In this document: one piece after another, positions 54,998 through 64,000 of the stretch | Layout: each line of letters starts with the position of its first letter | Position numbering within the stretch: position 1 is the first letter of the stretch | Origin: Defluviitaleaceae bacterium | GTDB taxonomy: Bacteria > Bacillota > Clostridia > Lachnospirales > WRAX01 | Length of the DNA stretch: 64,000 nt | Direction of reading: 5' to 3' | NCBI GenBank assembly: GCA_009779935.1 | Contig: WRAX01000007.1 | Location: forward strand, 4,515 to 68,514 | Program-made: the position numbers and the translations under genes | The notes under the pieces: model-generated | The model's input: the letters and a program-made list of their open reading frames with translations, nothing else | Databases searched by the model: none | Told to the model about the DNA's origin: nothing

Positions 54998-55674
54998 TAT
55001 TCACCACCCCCCAATAAATCGGGGCGCTTGTGTTTTGTGGCCTCCAAAGCCCGCTCCCTGCGCCATTTCTCCACTTCCCCATGATGCCCCGATAATAGCA
55101 CATCGGGCACGGTGCGCCCCAAAAATTCATATGGGCGGGTGTATTGGGGATACTCTAAAAGCCCGTCATTATTGGAAAAGCTTTCATGGGCAAGGGATTC
55201 GGGTTTAATAACCCCGGGTACAAGGCGGGCAACTGCATCAATCACCGCCATTGCGGCAATTTCGCCCCCTGTAAGCACAAAATCCCCAAGGGAAATTTCA
55301 TCGGTTACAATTTCGTCGATAATCCGCTGGTCAACCCCTTCATAATGCCCGCAAAGCAACACCAAATCAGCTTCCTGCGCTAATTCTTGCGCAAGGGCTT
55401 GATTAAAAACCTGCCCGCCGGGTGTTAGGTAAACCACACGGCAATCCTGCAAATTTAAGCTTTTCCATGCACCATAAATGGGCGGTGCACTGATTATCAT
55501 ACCAGCACCGCCGCCATAGGGATAGCCATCGGTTTGACGGCGTGCATTATCTGCAAAATCCCTGATATTTACAGGGTTTAGGGTGATTTTGCCATCATCC
55601 GCCCCACGCTTTATCATGGAATGGTTAAGTCCTTGAAAAGCTTCAGGAAACAGGGTCAAAATATGGAAATTCAT
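54997..55674 (-). CDS. trmD: tRNA (guanine37-N1)-methyltransferase
   Basis: ILTLFPE, YGGGAGM, SLGDFVLTGGE, LLSGHH. Confidence 0.93.
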   Translation of the reverse strand: MNFHILTLFPEAFQGLNHSMIKRGADDGKITLNPVNIRDFADNARRQTDGYPYGGGAGMIISAPPIYGAWKSLNLQDCRVVYLTPGGQVFNQALAQELAQEADLVLLCGHYEGVDQRIIDEIVTDEISLGDFVLTGGEIAAMAVIDAVARLVPGVIKPESLAHESFSNNDGLLEYPQYTRPYEFLGRTVPDVLLSGHHGEVEKWRRERALEATKHKRPDLLGGGE

Positions 55675-56189
55675 GGCATCAGCCCTTCCAGCAGACGTAC
55701 TGTAACAAAGCCGCCGACCACATCCACATTAAGTACGCATTGCTTGATTGCGGGAATTAGCACATCTTTACCATTTTCGGGGCGCACAACATATACATCA
55801 TTGGCACCCGTTTGCAATACATCGGCGATAATGCCTAAATTGCACCCATCCTCAGTATCAACGCTAAGCCCAATCAGGTCGGAAATATAGTACTGGTCAT
55901 CTTCCAACGGAAGGGCATTTTTGCGGTCTATTATAATGCTGTGCCCACGTAAACCAGCGGCCGTGTCCATATCGTCCACGCCGCTAAGTTTTAATATTAC
56001 CACATTTTTCTGGTGCCGCACCTTGTCAACAACCCAAACTTTTTGGTTGCCCTTTTGGTCAATCACATCAATTTTATCCAATAGGTCAAACCGCTTGGGG
56101 TCGTCAGTGGTGGGGAAAACCTTAATTTCGCCCTTAATACCAACGGTATTGACAATTTTGCCTATTTGAAAATATTCCACAGCCACCAC
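55671..56189 (-). CDS. rimM: 16S rRNA processing protein RimM
   Basis: GKIVNTVGIKGEIKV and a PRC-barrel C-terminus. 4-nt overlap with trmD. Confidence 0.9.
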   Translation of the reverse strand: MVAVEYFQIGKIVNTVGIKGEIKVFPTTDDPKRFDLLDKIDVIDQKGNQKVWVVDKVRHQKNVVILKLSGVDDMDTAAGLRGHSIIIDRKNALPLEDDQYYISDLIGLSVDTEDGCNLGIIADVLQTGANDVYVVRPENGKDVLIPAIKQCVLNVDVVGGFVTVRLLEGLMP

Positions 56190-56432
56190 CTAATTGTTGG
56201 GGACGATGTCCACAGAAACAAATTCCTTATTATGGATGGCGGCGGCACGGATGACGGAGCGGATGGCTTTGGCAATTTTCCCCTGCTTGCCGATAACCTT
56301 ACCAATATCATCCGGGCTTACACGAAGCTCTAAAACAGTGCCTCGTTGGCCCTCCTTTTCCACAACCGATACCCCTTCGGGGTCATCCACAAGGCGTTTA
56401 GCGATAATTTCCAGCAAGTCTTTCATAAGCAA
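56190..56432 (-). CDS. KH-domain RNA-binding protein (YlqC-like)
   Basis: VIGKQGKIAKAIRSV (GxxG KH motif), 80 aa, located between rpsP and rimM. Confidence 0.88.
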   Translation of the reverse strand: MLMKDLLEIIAKRLVDDPEGVSVVEKEGQRGTVLELRVSPDDIGKVIGKQGKIAKAIRSVIRAAAIHNKEFVSVDIVPNN

Positions 56433-56438
56433 ACACCC

Positions 56439-56678
56439 CTAAATTACGCCGTTGTTTTTGAAAAGACGGCGAACGGTTTCGGTTGGCTGCGCCCCGTTTC
56501 CAAGCCATTTTTTGGCCTCGTCGCCATCAACACGAAATACGATGGGGTCTTTGGTTGGGTCATAAATACCCAAATCTGCGATGGTTTTACCATCCCTTGC
56601 GGTGCGGGCATCGGCTACAACAATGCGATAAAATGGGGTTTTTTTAGCACCCATTCTTTTTAAGCGAATTTTTACCAT
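56439..56678 (-). CDS. rpsP: 30S ribosomal protein S16
   Basis: [23 protein letters not shown]. Confidence 0.95.
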   Translation of the reverse strand: MVKIRLKRMGAKKTPFYRIVVADARTARDGKTIADLGIYDPTKDPIVFRVDGDEAKKWLGNGAQPTETVRRLFKNNGVI

Positions 56679-56709
56679 TTTTCATTTCCTCCAAAGATGT
56701 AAAATTTAT

Positions 56710-58059
56710 CTATTTCATAAACGGAAAGCCGCCCATGGGCATTTTGCCCCGCTTTTTTCCAGATTTACCAGCGTCACTCATCATTTTCATCATTTTTTTC
56801 ATTTCTTCAAACTGCTTTAACATGCGGTTAACTTCCTGCACACTGCGCCCGCTTCCACCTGCAATTCTGCGGCGGCGTGAGCCGTTGATAATGGCGGGGT
56901 TTGCCCGTTCCTTGGCGGTCATGGAATACACAATGGCCTCCACATGCTTTAAGGCATCCTCGTTAATATCCGCTTCGTTAATTTTCATATTACCCATGCC
57001 GGGTAACATACCCAAAATGTTTTTTAGCGGCCCCATCTTCTTAACTTGTTGCATTTGCGCCAAAAAGTCATTCAAATCAAACTCGTTTTTACGAAACTTT
57101 TTTTCAAGGGCGGCGGCTTCTTCCATATCAAAGTTTTGCTGTGCTTTGTCAATCAAAGTCAACACATCACCCATGCCAAGGATGCGCCCGGCCATGCGGT
57201 CGGGGTAAAAAGGTTCCAAATCTTCCACCTTTTCACCAAGGCCGACGAATTTGATGGGCTTGCCCGTAACCTTGCGCACGGAAAGTGCCGCACCGCCACG
57301 GGTGTCCCCGTCCAGCTTGGTGATAACCACCCCATCAATGCCAATTTTTTCGCTAAATGACTGGGCTACGTTTACCGCATCCTGCCCCGTCATGGCATCC
57401 ACCACCAGCAATATTTCCTGGGGAATAATGGCGGATTTTATTGATACCAGCTCATCCATCAACTCTTCGTCTATATGTAGACGGCCTGCCGTGTCCACAA
57501 TTACCACATCATGCCCCATATGCTTGGCGTGCTCAAGGGCTTCTTTTGCTGTGTTTACAGGATTTTGTGCGCCTTTTTCAAACACAGGTATGTTTAGGTT
57601 GTTGCCCAAGGTTTGCAACTGCTTAATGGCGGCCGGGCGATAAATATCACAAGCCACCAGCAGCGGTTTTTTGCCTTGGTTGCGCAGTTGCGCCGCAATT
57701 TTTGCTGTAGTTGTGGTTTTACCCGAGCCCTGCAAACCAACCATCATATAAACACTGGGCGGGCTGTTGGAAAATGTTAGTTTGCTTTGGGTGCTGCCCA
57801 TCAGCTCCGTCATTTCCTCGTTTACGATTTTGATGACGGCCTGAGCGGGATTAAGACCCTTCAAAACCTCATCACCCACAGCTTTTTCTGTAACATCCGC
57901 TACAAATTCTTTGACGATTTTGAAGTTAACATCCGCTTCCAGAAGCGCAAGGCGAACCTCCCGCATGGCTTCTTTTACGTCTTTTTCCGTCAACTTTCCC
58001 TTGGAGCGCAAGCCTTTGAAGGCATTGCTTAACTTTTCGGTTAAATTTTCAAAGGCCAT
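56710..58059 (-). CDS. ffh: signal recognition particle protein Ffh
   Basis: GLQGSGKTTT, DTAGRLH, TKLDGDTRGGAALS, Met-rich M domain. Confidence 0.95.
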   Translation of the reverse strand: MAFENLTEKLSNAFKGLRSKGKLTEKDVKEAMREVRLALLEADVNFKIVKEFVADVTEKAVGDEVLKGLNPAQAVIKIVNEEMTELMGSTQSKLTFSNSPPSVYMMVGLQGSGKTTTTAKIAAQLRNQGKKPLLVACDIYRPAAIKQLQTLGNNLNIPVFEKGAQNPVNTAKEALEHAKHMGHDVVIVDTAGRLHIDEELMDELVSIKSAIIPQEILLVVDAMTGQDAVNVAQSFSEKIGIDGVVITKLDGDTRGGAALSVRKVTGKPIKFVGLGEKVEDLEPFYPDRMAGRILGMGDVLTLIDKAQQNFDMEEAAALEKKFRKNEFDLNDFLAQMQQVKKMGPLKNILGMLPGMGNMKINEADINEDALKHVEAIVYSMTAKERANPAIINGSRRRRIAGGSGRSVQEVNRMLKQFEEMKKMMKMMSDAGKSGKKRGKMPMGGFPFMK

Positions 58060-58069
58060 GTTTTCCCTC

Positions 58070-58411
58070 CTAAATCAGGCTGTCAAGTTTTGATAAAATG
58101 TGATTACTTTCGGCAATATCGCCTGCTTCCAATGCACTTTTAAGTTGGGCAATAATTGTTTTTGCGGATTTGTGGTGGGCTATCATACCAAGTGCTTCCT
58201 CAAAAGCTTCCAAATTTTTTTGGGTTTGTTTTAAGGAAAAGTTTACGGCTTGGCGGGTAATTCCAAATCTATCGCCAATTTCGGAAAATGACATATCTTC
58301 ACAAAAGTGTAGGTGGTATATATCCCGTTGCCGCTGGGTTAGCAGGCCGCCGTAAAAATCCAGCAAAAGGGCGTTGTTAAGCAAATTTTCCACACCATCG
58401 CCCCCCTGCAA
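58070..58411 (-). CDS. ylxM: YlxM-type putative DNA-binding protein (UPF0122)
   Basis: LLDFYGGLLTQRQRDIY...SFSEIGDRFGITRQAV. The start is either TTG 58411 or GTG 58393. Confidence 0.85.
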   Translation of the reverse strand: MQGGDGVENLLNNALLLDFYGGLLTQRQRDIYHLHFCEDMSFSEIGDRFGITRQAVNFSLKQTQKNLEAFEEALGMIAHHKSAKTIIAQLKSALEAGDIAESNHILSKLDSLI

Positions 58412-58429
58412 AGCAAAACACCTTTACAC

Positions 58430-58458
58430 ACTATACACCTTTTTTAACCTTTTGTCAA
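58430..58458 (-). promoter_or_regulatory. sigma-A-type promoter of the ylxM-ffh-rpsP operon
   Basis: Minus strand: TTGACA, 17 nt, TATAGT. Confidence 0.55.
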
Positions 58459-58468
58459 GTGTTTTTTG

Positions 58469-58495
58469 AAAAAAGGGCGCATATTAGGTGCGCCC
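58469..58495 (-). terminator. intrinsic terminator after the Zn-peptidase gene
   Basis: Minus strand: GGGCGCA, loop, TGCGCCC, followed by TTTTTT. Confidence 0.7.
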
Positions 58496-58506
58496 AACAA
58501 TATTAA

Positions 58507-59229
58507 CTATCTTCGGCTATTGGCCATAAGTATAAACCTTAAAAGCTGGGCGATTGCCACAGCAGCAGCGGCAACGTAGGTCATGGCGGCTGCATTTAGC
58601 ACTTTTCTGGTCATGGCAACTTCATTGTCCCCGTCAATATACCGCCCTGCCTCCAACAATTCCATTGCACGCCGGCTTGCATTAAATTCCACCGGCAGGG
58701 TGATAAGGTGAAAAACCACAGTAACGGCGAAAAAGATGATGCCAATGTCAATAATAAGCATGGACCATTGCGGGGCAACAAAGCCCAGCATGCCAAGGAT
58801 AAAGCCGATAAAGATTAGCGGCACGGCAGCCCCGCTGGAAATTTTAACCACAGGGAAAAAGCCCGTGCGCACCGCAAGGGGCGAATACCTCTCGCTGTGC
58901 TGTATTGCGTGGCCAACCTCATGCACCGCAACTGCGGCGGCGGATATGGAATGGCCGTCATAAACATGGGGCGAAAGGCGGATGGTGCGGCATTTGGGGT
59001 CATAGTGATCACCCCAAGGTTTGTGATCCGGCAGCCGTTCCACTTTCACATCCCGCAGGCCGTGGTCTGCTAAAACTTGGCTGGCTATTACAGCACCGCT
59101 AAGCCCCCGTTTTGTGTTAACCTGTGCATATTTGTTCAAATTGGTGCTTACACGGTTTTGTGCCCACATTGCCAAAACTATGGCCGGCAGCAGGATGAAG
59201 ATTGTCCAGTCAAAAAACATTAATGGCAT
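58507..59229 (-). CDS. membrane zinc metallopeptidase (YugP-like, Zn_peptidase_2)
   Basis: RBS GAGGAGGG. HEVGHAIQH zinc motif, TM helices at both ends. Confidence 0.85.
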   Translation of the reverse strand: MPLMFFDWTIFILLPAIVLAMWAQNRVSTNLNKYAQVNTKRGLSGAVIASQVLADHGLRDVKVERLPDHKPWGDHYDPKCRTIRLSPHVYDGHSISAAAVAVHEVGHAIQHSERYSPLAVRTGFFPVVKISSGAAVPLIFIGFILGMLGFVAPQWSMLIIDIGIIFFAVTVVFHLITLPVEFNASRRAMELLEAGRYIDGDNEVAMTRKVLNAAAMTYVAAAAVAIAQLLRFILMANSRR

Positions 59230-59251
59230 AAAATCCCTCCTCAACAATGTA

Positions 59252-59286
59252 GCTAAACACTGAAATGCTTTAATTCAGTGTTTAGC
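59252..59286. repeat. 13-bp-stem perfect hairpin between fmt and the peptidase gene; a second hairpin lies at 59295-59315
   Basis: GCTAAACACTGAA, 9-nt loop, TTCAGTGTTTAGC, then TTTTCGCCC-AAA-GGGCGAAAA. No clear U-tract on the minus strand. Confidence 0.5.
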
Positions 59287-59322
59287 GCAATGGTTTTTCG
59301 CCCAAAGGGCGAAAAAGTTTTC

Positions 59323-60162
59323 CTATCGGCCTCGCCCCCGAAAATAGTCGGCGGCAGGCATTTTTTTGCCTCCGGGTGGGGTAAGCTCCAAAAACTCCAC
59401 TTGCCCGTCCACCACATGGGCTTTCCAAACTTTAACTTTTTGCCCGTCAATTTCGGTATAAGTGCCGGGAAACGGGTTGTAAGCACGAATGTGATTTACC
59501 ACATCCTGTGGCTTTCGGCTTAAATCCAGCCTTTCCATATCCTTGGTTATCATGCCCGCATGGGTGGCAAGTGAATCATCCTGTTTTTGGGGCTTGCTGC
59601 GCTCTTCGGCAATTTCATCCAATGCAGCCAGCAGGGCTTCGGGGGCTATTTCGCACAGTTTATCATGCAAGCTGCCTCCGGTATCTTCATTTGTGATACT
59701 AACAGTGCGCTTTAACAACATATCCCCTGTATCCATGCCCGCATCCATTTGCATGATGGTGATACCTGTTTCGGTTTCGCCATCAAAAATAGCTTGTTGG
59801 ATTGGTGCCGCCCCCCGATATTTGGGCAAAAGGGAAGCGTGTACATTAATACACCCAAATTTTGGTATATCCAATACCCGCTGGCTTAAAATTTGCCCAA
59901 AGGCTGCCACTACAAAAATGTCTGCATCAAAGCCCGCTAAAACATGGGGAAAATCACTTCTATTAACCCTTTCGGGTTGATATACAGGCAAACCACACTC
60001 CTCCGCAAAAACCTTGACGGGAGAGGGAGTCAGCTTTTTACCCCGCCCCGCAGGCCTGTCGGGTTGGGTGATAACCGCTAAAACCTCATGCTTATCGGAT
60101 TTTGTTAAAGCATCCAGGCATACCTTGGCAAACACAGGTGTTCCCATAAATACAATTTTCAT
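59323..60162 (-). CDS. fmt: methionyl-tRNA formyltransferase
   Basis: KIVFMGTP, QPDRPAGRGKK, INVHASLLPKYRGAAPIQ. Confidence 0.92.
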   Translation of the reverse strand: MKIVFMGTPVFAKVCLDALTKSDKHEVLAVITQPDRPAGRGKKLTPSPVKVFAEECGLPVYQPERVNRSDFPHVLAGFDADIFVVAAFGQILSQRVLDIPKFGCINVHASLLPKYRGAAPIQQAIFDGETETGITIMQMDAGMDTGDMLLKRTVSITNEDTGGSLHDKLCEIAPEALLAALDEIAEERSKPQKQDDSLATHAGMITKDMERLDLSRKPQDVVNHIRAYNPFPGTYTEIDGQKVKVWKAHVVDGQVEFLELTPPGGKKMPAADYFRGRGR

Positions 60163-60165
60163 GGG

Positions 60166-60642
60166 TTAATCCTCATCATCTTCGGTGCTAAAAAATTCTG
60201 TTGCCTTGTCGGTGTACAATATACCGTCCAAATGGTCAATTTCGTGGTTTACCACTATGGACAAATCCCCCTCGCACCTTAACTCCTGTGGTTCGCCGTT
60301 GCGGTCCAAGCCTTTAACAATGGTCAAATAAGGCCTTTCTACCGTGCCCGACAAGTCAGGGATGGACAAGCAAGCCTCCTGATGCACTTGGGAGCCTTCG
60401 CTGTGCAAAATTTCGGGGTTTATTATTACAATGGGTCGGTTGCGCTCCTCGCTTACATCCATTACCACCACGCGGCGCAAAACCCCAACTTGCACCGCCG
60501 CCATGCCAATCCCTTCCGAACGGTACATGGCTTCCAGCATGTCTTCCACCAAGTCCTGAATTTTTTTGTCCACCACTTCCACGGATCGGCTTTTCTTCCG
60601 CAATATTTCATCCGGCACAAGGCGAATTTTTCTAATTGCCAC
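60166..60642 (-). CDS. def: peptide deformylase
   Basis: GIGMAAVQVG, EACLS, HEIDHLDG. The GTG start at 60642 follows GGGAGG (AIRKIRL...). Confidence 0.92.
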   Translation of the reverse strand: MAIRKIRLVPDEILRKKSRSVEVVDKKIQDLVEDMLEAMYRSEGIGMAAVQVGVLRRVVVMDVSEERNRPIVIINPEILHSEGSQVHQEACLSIPDLSGTVERPYLTIVKGLDRNGEPQELRCEGDLSIVVNHEIDHLDGILYTDKATEFFSTEDDED

Positions 60643-60669
60643 AACATTTCCTCCCAATTATAATAATGT

Positions 60670-63099
60670 CTATTGTATATACGCAGGGTTTGGCGTAAGG
60701 TTTGCCCGTACACCGTCCATATTATGGGTCTTTTCCAGCTTTTCCAAACAATAATGGACAAACTGCTTCAAAATCTCTTCATCCCCACATTTTACCAGCA
60801 ATTTCCAGCGGTAATTGGAATTCATTTTGCTGATAACGCAAGGTGCCGGCCCTAAAATCTCACACAAACCCTTGCGGTTGGCGGCTTTCATAATCCTTGC
60901 CAGCCCATGCAGCAGCTCCACCAACCGCTGCTCCTTTTCCCCCACAAACATTATTTGGAAAAGGTGGGAAAAGGGCGGATAATTCATTTGCCGGCGCATG
61001 GCTATTTCGTGATGGTAAAATGCAGTAAAGTCGTCTGCCATGGCATATTTTATGCTGTAATGGTCGGGATTATAAGTTTGTATAATTACCCGCCCCGCCT
61101 CCGCCCCACGCCCGGCACGGCCTGCTACTTGCGTCATAAGCTGATAAGCCGTTTCCGCCGAGCGAAAGTTGGCGTCGTTTAATGCCATATCCGCTGCCAC
61201 AATGCCAACCAGCGCAACCTGCGGAAAATTAAGACCCTTAGCAATCATTTGGGTGCCTACCAAAATTTGGGCACCCCCATCTGCAAATTGGTTTATAATG
61301 GTTTGGTGGCTGTTTTTGCGGCTGGTTGTGTCCATATCCATGCGCAAAACACGGGCTGTGGGAAATTCTTCCGCTAAATATTCCTCAATCCTTTGGGTGC
61401 CAACCCCAAAATATTTTATGTACACAGAGCCGCAAATGGGACAGTTTTTTGGATTTTGCACCGTTGCGGCACAATAATGGCATGCCAGCTTGCCGCTGTA
61501 TATATGATAGGTATAATTGACACTGCAATTGCTGCAACTCATCACATGTCCACAGCTGCGGCATGCCACAAAAGTGGAATGCCCACGGCGGTTGATGAAC
61601 AAAATAGCTTGCTTGCCCGCCGCCAGTGTTTGCTTTAAGGATGTGTATAAAGCGGCGGAAAATATGGATTTGTTGCCCAAGGCAAGCTCGGTGCGCATAT
61701 CGGCAACTTCTGCGATTATGGGCAGTTTGTTGACACGGTTGTGCATTGTTACAAGCTCAAAATCCCCATTTACCGCACGGTGGTAGGTGGAAATATTTGG
61801 CGTGGCGGACCCGCATATTAACAAAGCCCCCGTAAGCCGTGCCAATTCCTCAGCCACCGCCAAAGTGTCGTATTTAGGGGATTGGTCGGATTTATATGTG
61901 CTTTCATGCTCCTCGTCCAAAATTATAACACCAAGGTTGGCAAAGGGTGTAAATAAAGCGGAACGTGGGCCGATGATTACCGAAATTTGCCCATCCCTTG
62001 CTTTTTTCCACTGGTCAAACCGCTCACCAAGGGATAGGCGGCTGTGGGTTGCCGTCACCGCATCCCCGAATCTGGCTGCAAAAGCTGTGATTGTCTGTGG
62101 CGTTAGCGAAATTTCGGGCACAAGCACGATAGCCTGTTTGCCCGCCTCCAAAACCCGCTGAATCGTGCGGATATACAGCTCGGTTTTGCCGCTGCCTGTC
62201 ACGCCCTGTATTAACACGGGTTTTGCGGTATTGCCAAGGCATTTCATGGCGGCGGCTTGCTCTTCGGTCAGCTCAAATTCCTTTTGGGCGATCGGGGCGG
62301 ATACCACATTGCGACGCACCTCTACCCTCTCAATACGCACTAAACCCTTTGTTTCCAGTGTTTTTACGGGGGATGGGGATATGTGCAGAAAGTGCTGGAT
62401 ATCTGACATGGCCATGGAATGATTTTCCATAAGCAGACTAAGCACTTTTGCCTGTGCACCGCCTTTTTCCATAACTTTGTCCCGCAAATCGTCAAAATTT
62501 GGGGCATCATCCACCAAAAACACCGTGTTAATGCGCAAGGTAAAATCCTTAACCTCATAAATATGCCGCATTGTTAACATTTCTTTATCAACAAGGGCTT
62601 TTAGTGCGGTTTGTCCACTTTGTCCAAAATTTTCTAACAACTCCCGTTGGCTAACGCCACCATGTTCTGTTAAATATTCCCAAATCTGCTTCTGCTTACC
62701 CCGCAAGGGTGGGTGTTGCCCATCCCGGCTTGCTGTAATTTCCGCAACATAGTCATTTCGCAATCCAATGCCCGCAGGCATTATCATCCGCAAGCAAACT
62801 GCCAGCGGGGTGGAGTATTTTTCGCTCATCCACATGGCAAGCCGCAAAAACACAGGGCTAAATATGGGAAAATCGTCTAAAATATCAGTGATTGGCTTGA
62901 TGCGTGCAGGGTCAAAATCGCTATGGTCGGATAATTCTACCACAAAACCCTCTGCATTGCGGCTTTTGCCGAAAGGCACAACAACACGGCAACCGATGGC
63001 AATTTTGCCTGCAATTTCGGGGGTTATGGCATAATCAAAGGTTTTGTTTCCTGTTTTACCTGCCGCCACTGCAACTTTGGCAAAGCTTGCATTAGTCAT
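60670..63099 (-). CDS. priA: primosomal protein N' (replication restart helicase PriA)
   Basis: Walker A GVTGSGKTE, DEEH box, Cys-rich zinc region (CRSCGH..C.NC...CHYC...CP.CGS). Confidence 0.93.
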   Translation of the reverse strand: MTNASFAKVAVAAGKTGNKTFDYAITPEIAGKIAIGCRVVVPFGKSRNAEGFVVELSDHSDFDPARIKPITDILDDFPIFSPVFLRLAMWMSEKYSTPLAVCLRMIMPAGIGLRNDYVAEITASRDGQHPPLRGKQKQIWEYLTEHGGVSQRELLENFGQSGQTALKALVDKEMLTMRHIYEVKDFTLRINTVFLVDDAPNFDDLRDKVMEKGGAQAKVLSLLMENHSMAMSDIQHFLHISPSPVKTLETKGLVRIERVEVRRNVVSAPIAQKEFELTEEQAAAMKCLGNTAKPVLIQGVTGSGKTELYIRTIQRVLEAGKQAIVLVPEISLTPQTITAFAARFGDAVTATHSRLSLGERFDQWKKARDGQISVIIGPRSALFTPFANLGVIILDEEHESTYKSDQSPKYDTLAVAEELARLTGALLICGSATPNISTYHRAVNGDFELVTMHNRVNKLPIIAEVADMRTELALGNKSIFSAALYTSLKQTLAAGKQAILFINRRGHSTFVACRSCGHVMSCSNCSVNYTYHIYSGKLACHYCAATVQNPKNCPICGSVYIKYFGVGTQRIEEYLAEEFPTARVLRMDMDTTSRKNSHQTIINQFADGGAQILVGTQMIAKGLNFPQVALVGIVAADMALNDANFRSAETAYQLMTQVAGRAGRGAEAGRVIIQTYNPDHYSIKYAMADDFTAFYHHEIAMRRQMNYPPFSHLFQIMFVGEKEQRLVELLHGLARIMKAANRKGLCEILGPAPCVISKMNSNYRWKLLVKCGDEEILKQFVHYCLEKLEKTHNMDGVRANLTPNPAYIQ

Positions 63100-63520
63100 C
63101 GCCCTTGTTAATATCGTCTAAAATATAGTCATCCTCGTTATCTTCGGCAAGTGCGTCATTCTCTGCATCATCACCATCAAATCCTTTTAGCTCAAAACCT
63201 TCCAGCTCCTCATCCGACAGCACAAAACCATCATCAATAAGTGTTGGAAAATTTTGGATAACTATGGGGTTTATGGCATCCCAAGCCTCTGCCCCTTCTT
63301 TTGGCACAATTTTAACATGCCCCAAAGCCAGCTCGTTTACTGCAACGGTAACGGCCTTATCAGTGCTTATTCCCTTGGTTTGCGTTTCTGCACCTGCCAC
63401 AATTTGGCGGGCACGTTTGGCCGCCGCCGTTACAATAGAATAGCGGCTGGTGATTTTGGAATCCACATCCGCATCCTTATTTAATACGGTTATTAGGGTG
63501 CTATACGATGGTGTAAGCAT
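63092..63520 (-). CDS. rpoZ: DNA-directed RNA polymerase subunit omega with a long acidic C-terminal extension
   Basis: SRYSIVTAAAKRARQI core, followed by about 70 extra residues rich in D/E. Confidence 0.8.
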   Translation of the reverse strand: MLTPSYSTLITVLNKDADVDSKITSRYSIVTAAAKRARQIVAGAETQTKGISTDKAVTVAVNELALGHVKIVPKEGAEAWDAINPIVIQNFPTLIDDGFVLSDEELEGFELKGFDGDDAENDALAEDNEDDYILDDINKGDD

Positions 63521-63535
63521 ATTTTCCTCCTAAAA

Positions 63536-64000
63536 TTATATGTCAACATCTGGATTATTCCCATAAAAGCTATCAATCTTGCATTGGTTACGGTGGGGCT
63601 TCATTTTTTCGGCTTTTACCACCATATGAATGTCCCGCATCGCCTGCTCTATATCGTCATTTACCACTAAGTAGTCATATTTGGAAAGCTCTGTCATCTC
63701 TTCTCTTGCTCTGCGGGTGCGCCGTTCAATCTCATCCTCGCACTCGGTACCCCGCTCCATCAGGCGTTTTCGCAAATCTTCAAAGGTGGGCGGCATTAGA
63801 AAAACCAATATGGCATCGGGATATTTGTCCTTAACCTGCAAAGCCCCCACAACCTCTATTTCCAACACCACCGTTTGCCCTTGGCTAATTTTTTGGTCCA
63901 CATATGAAATTGGTGTGCCATAGTAATTTCCGCTAAATGTGGCATGTTCCAAAAACCCGTCATTATCACGAATACTAACAAACTCGTCTTTGTCACAAAA
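63536..64000 (-). CDS. gmk: guanylate kinase (5' end beyond the window edge)
   Basis: FLEHATFSGNYYGTP...LEIEVVGA...RLMERGTE. The frame stays open to position 64000. Confidence 0.88.
   Translation of the reverse strand, partial: FCDKDEFVSIRDNDGFLEHATFSGNYYGTPISYVDQKISQGQTVVLEIEVVGALQVKDKYPDAILVFLMPPTFEDLRKRLMERGTECEDEIERRTRRAREEMTELSKYDYLVVNDDIEQAMRDIHMVVKAEKMKPHRNQCKIDSFYGNNPDVDI

Noticed and set aside
1-64000. Scan for CRISPR arrays, tRNA/rRNA genes, transposases, integrases, phage modules, reverse transcriptases and known defence-system genes
   Set aside because: Nothing in the ORF translations or the intergenic sequence matched these categories. The only repeats are the short palindromic families reported above.

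Overview
The window reads as a Firmicutes/Clostridia-type chromosomal segment, about half G+C by eye. It is densely packed with roughly 65 credible CDS, most of them conserved housekeeping genes. I see no rRNA, tRNA, CRISPR array, transposase, integrase or phage genes.

Genes on the + strand (left part):
- split transketolase, 3' end only
- THUMP RNA methyltransferase and a DUF2225 protein
- a hybrid PAS histidine kinase, then ftsY, a REC protein, a TPR protein and an Ig-like protein
- MerR regulator with an ABC-2 exporter
- OmpR-type two-component system, divergent from an HtrA protease
- trmL, asnB and an ECF sigma/anti-sigma pair
- ecfA1-ecfA2-(TatD)-ecfT-truA
- rqcH, a DUF2785 protein and an alpha/beta hydrolase

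From about 35.9 kb onward every gene is on the - strand:
- pmbA/tldD and a GyrB/ParE-family subunit
- nagB, rsfS, a nadD-yqeK fusion, yggT and sepF
- acpS, a U32 peptidase with an O-methyltransferase, mltG and RNase J
- a ruvX-DUF1292 fusion, an IreB-like protein and mtaB
- trmD-rimM-KH-rpsP-ffh-ylxM
- a Zn peptidase, then fmt-def-priA-rpoZ-gmk

I could not identify a convincing novel multi-gene system such as a defence island. The most unusual signals are non-coding or architectural:
1. A promoter-to-terminator structured leader upstream of the DUF2785 gene that matches no riboswitch class I recognise.
2. Three identical 26-nt GTAG-prefixed GC-rich palindromes (REP/REPIN-like), two of them inverted at the convergent strand-switch point.
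3. A second hairpin-repeat family (TACCAATTCCAT/ATGGAATTGGTA).
4. Three consensus DnaA boxes packed into the sepF promoter.
5. ftsY embedded in a phosphorelay operon.
6. Two gene fusions (NadD-YqeK, RuvX-DUF1292).
7. Two low-GC insertions, one in the ecf operon and one between the topoisomerase gene and nagB.

All functional calls come from motifs read by eye in the supplied translations. No searches were run.
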